NCBI GenBank assembly: GCA_032718475.1
Contig: JAUCBJ010002545.1
Location: forward strand, 1 to 34,593
DNA length: 34,593 bases
DNA from: Nemertoderma westbladi
Lineage: Eukaryota > Animalia > Xenacoelomorpha
Direction: 5' to 3'
Positions 32,548 to 34,593 of this stretch are shown in pieces. The position numbers were made by a program, and so were the translations under genes. A model generated the notes under the pieces. That model ran no database searches, was not told the DNA's origin, and saw nothing but the letters and a program-made list of their open reading frames with translations. Numbering within the stretch: the first letter of the stretch is position 1; every line of letters starts with the position of its first letter.

Positions 32548-34570
32548 GTACAAATACAAGCACAAGCGCCCGTACCAGAACAAGTTCAAGTACAAGTTCA
32601 AGTACAAGTACAAGTTCAAGTACAAGTCCAAGTACAAGTACAAGTACAAGCACAAGTGCCCGTACCAGTACAAGTACAAGTACAAGCACAAATGCCCGTA
32701 CCAGTACAAGTTCAAGTACAAGTAAAAGTACAAGTTCAAGTACAAGTACAGGTACAAGTACAAGTACAAGCACAAATGCCCGTACCAGAACAAGTACAAG
32801 TTCAAGTACAAGTACAATTACAAGTTCAAGTACAAGTTCAAGTACAAGTACAGGTACAAGTACCAGTACAAGTACAAGCACAAATGCCCGTACCAGTACA
32901 AGTTCAAGTACAAGTACAAGTACAGGTACAAGTACAAGTACAAGCACAAGTGCCCGTAACAGTACAAGTACAAGCACAAGTGCCCGTACCAGAACAAGTA
33001 CAAGTTCAAGTACAAGTACAAGTGCAAGTTCAAGTACAAGTACAAGTACAAGTACAGGTACAAGTACAAGTACAAGCACAAGTGCCCGTACCAGAACAAG
33101 TACAAGTTCAGGTACAAGTACAATTACAAGTACAAGTTCAAGTTCAAGTACAGAGTACAAGTACAAGTAAAAGTACAAGTACAAGTACAAGTACAAGTAA
33201 AAGTACAAGTACAAGTACAAGTACAAGTACAATTACAAGTTCAAGTTCAAGTACAAGTTCAAGTACAAGTACAAGTTCAAGTACAAGTACAAGTACAAGT
33301 ACAATTACAAGTTCAAGTACAAGTACAAGTACAAGCACAAGTGCCCGTACCAGAACAAGTACAAGTTCAAGTACAAGTGCAAGTTCAAGTACAAGTACAA
33401 GTACAAGTACAGGTACAAGTATAAGTACAAGCACAAGTGCCCGTACCAGAACAAGTACAAGTTCAGGTACAAGTACAAGTACAAGTACAATTACAAGTTT
33501 AAGTTCAAGTACAAGTACAAGTACAAGTACAGGTACAAGTACAAGCACAAATGCTTGTACCAATACAAGTACAAGTACAAGTACAATTACAAGTTCAAGT
33601 ACAAGCACAAGCACAAGCACAAGTGCCCGTACCAGTACAAGTACATGTTCAAGAACAAGTACAGGTACAAGTACAAGTACAAGCACAAGTGCCCGTACCA
33701 GAACAAGTACAAGTTCAAGTACAAGTACAAGTGCAAGTTCAAGTACAAGTACAAGTACAAGTACAAGTACAAGTACAAGTACAAGTACAAGTACAAGTAC
33801 AAGTACAAGCACAAGTGCCCGTACCAGAACAAGTACAAGTTCAGGTACAAGTACAAGTACAATTACAAGTACAAGTTCAAGTTCAAGTTCAAGTACAGGT
33901 ACAAGTACAAGTACAAGTAAAAGTACAAGTACAAGTACAAGTACAAGTAAAAGTACAAGTACAAGTACAAGTACAAGTACAATTACAAGTACAAGTTCAA
34001 GTTCAAGTACAAGTTCAAGTACAAGTACAAGTTCAAGTACAAGTACAAGTACAATTACAAGTTCAAGTACAAGTACAAGCACAAGTGCCCGTACCAGAAC
34101 AAGTACAAGTTCAAGTACAAGTGCAAGTTCAAGTACAAGTACAAGTACAAGTACAGGTACAAGTATAAGTACAAGCACAAGTGCCCGTACCAGAACAAGT
34201 ACAAGTTCAGGTACAAGTACAAGTACAAGTACAATTACAAGTTTAAGTTCAAGTTCAAGTACAAGTACAAGTACAAGTACAAGTACAAGTACAAGTACAG
34301 GTACAAGTACAAGCACAAATGCTTGTACCAATACAAGTACAAGTACAAGTACAATTACAAGTTCAAGTACAAGTACAAGCACAAGCACAAGTGCCCGTAC
34401 CAGTACAAGTACATGTTCAAGAACAAGTACAGGTACAAGTACAAGTACAAGCACAAATGCCCGTACCAGTACAAGTTCAAGTACAAGTACAAGTACAAGT
34501 ACAAGTACAAGTACAAGTACAAGTACAAGTACAAGTACCGGTACCAGTACAAGTTCCAGTACCAGTACCT
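32548..34570 (+). repeat. Compound (GTACAA)n hexamer array (unit A')
   Basis: Same variant pattern as 8558-11015 but 435 bp shorter. Confidence 0.97.
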
Positions 34571-34593
34571 GTAACCGATACCAATAACCGATA

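Larger units (their letters stand above)
26200..34593. repeat. Macro-repeat unit A' (truncated by the window end)
   Basis: Second A-type unit: poly-C block, same satellite monomer order as A at offset 23990, (GTACAA)n array. Confidence 0.93.

Overview
AT-rich eukaryotic (invertebrate-like) repetitive DNA with no intact host gene that I can support. After a minus-strand Mutator-like (MULE) element running off the left edge (1-2005), the window is a tandem array of ~11-12 kb macro-units in the order A (2007-12663), B (13590-25475), A' (26200-end), so A and A' lie about 24 kb apart. Each unit holds, in order: a 26-bp-TIR MITE-like element with a G22-23 run and a 45-bp minisatellite; an RTE-like LINE fragment; a 4-5 kb CCGG-rich satellite with monomers of 154/175/196 bp (133+21n); a hexamer array ((GTACAA)n in A/A', (TACCAA)n in B); and ~1.6 kb of non-satellite DNA with a decayed C2H2 zinc-finger exon (beyond the window edge in A'). 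One target site (TTGTTACCC) between units carries three different forms of one MULE family: an inverted long copy with a damaged transposase gene, an internally deleted copy with filler, and a chimeric copy with captured LINE DNA and a 71-bp-arm palindrome. Nearly all ORFs in the supplied track are repeat artefacts. All analysis was by eye; family assignments are from motif recall, not database searches.
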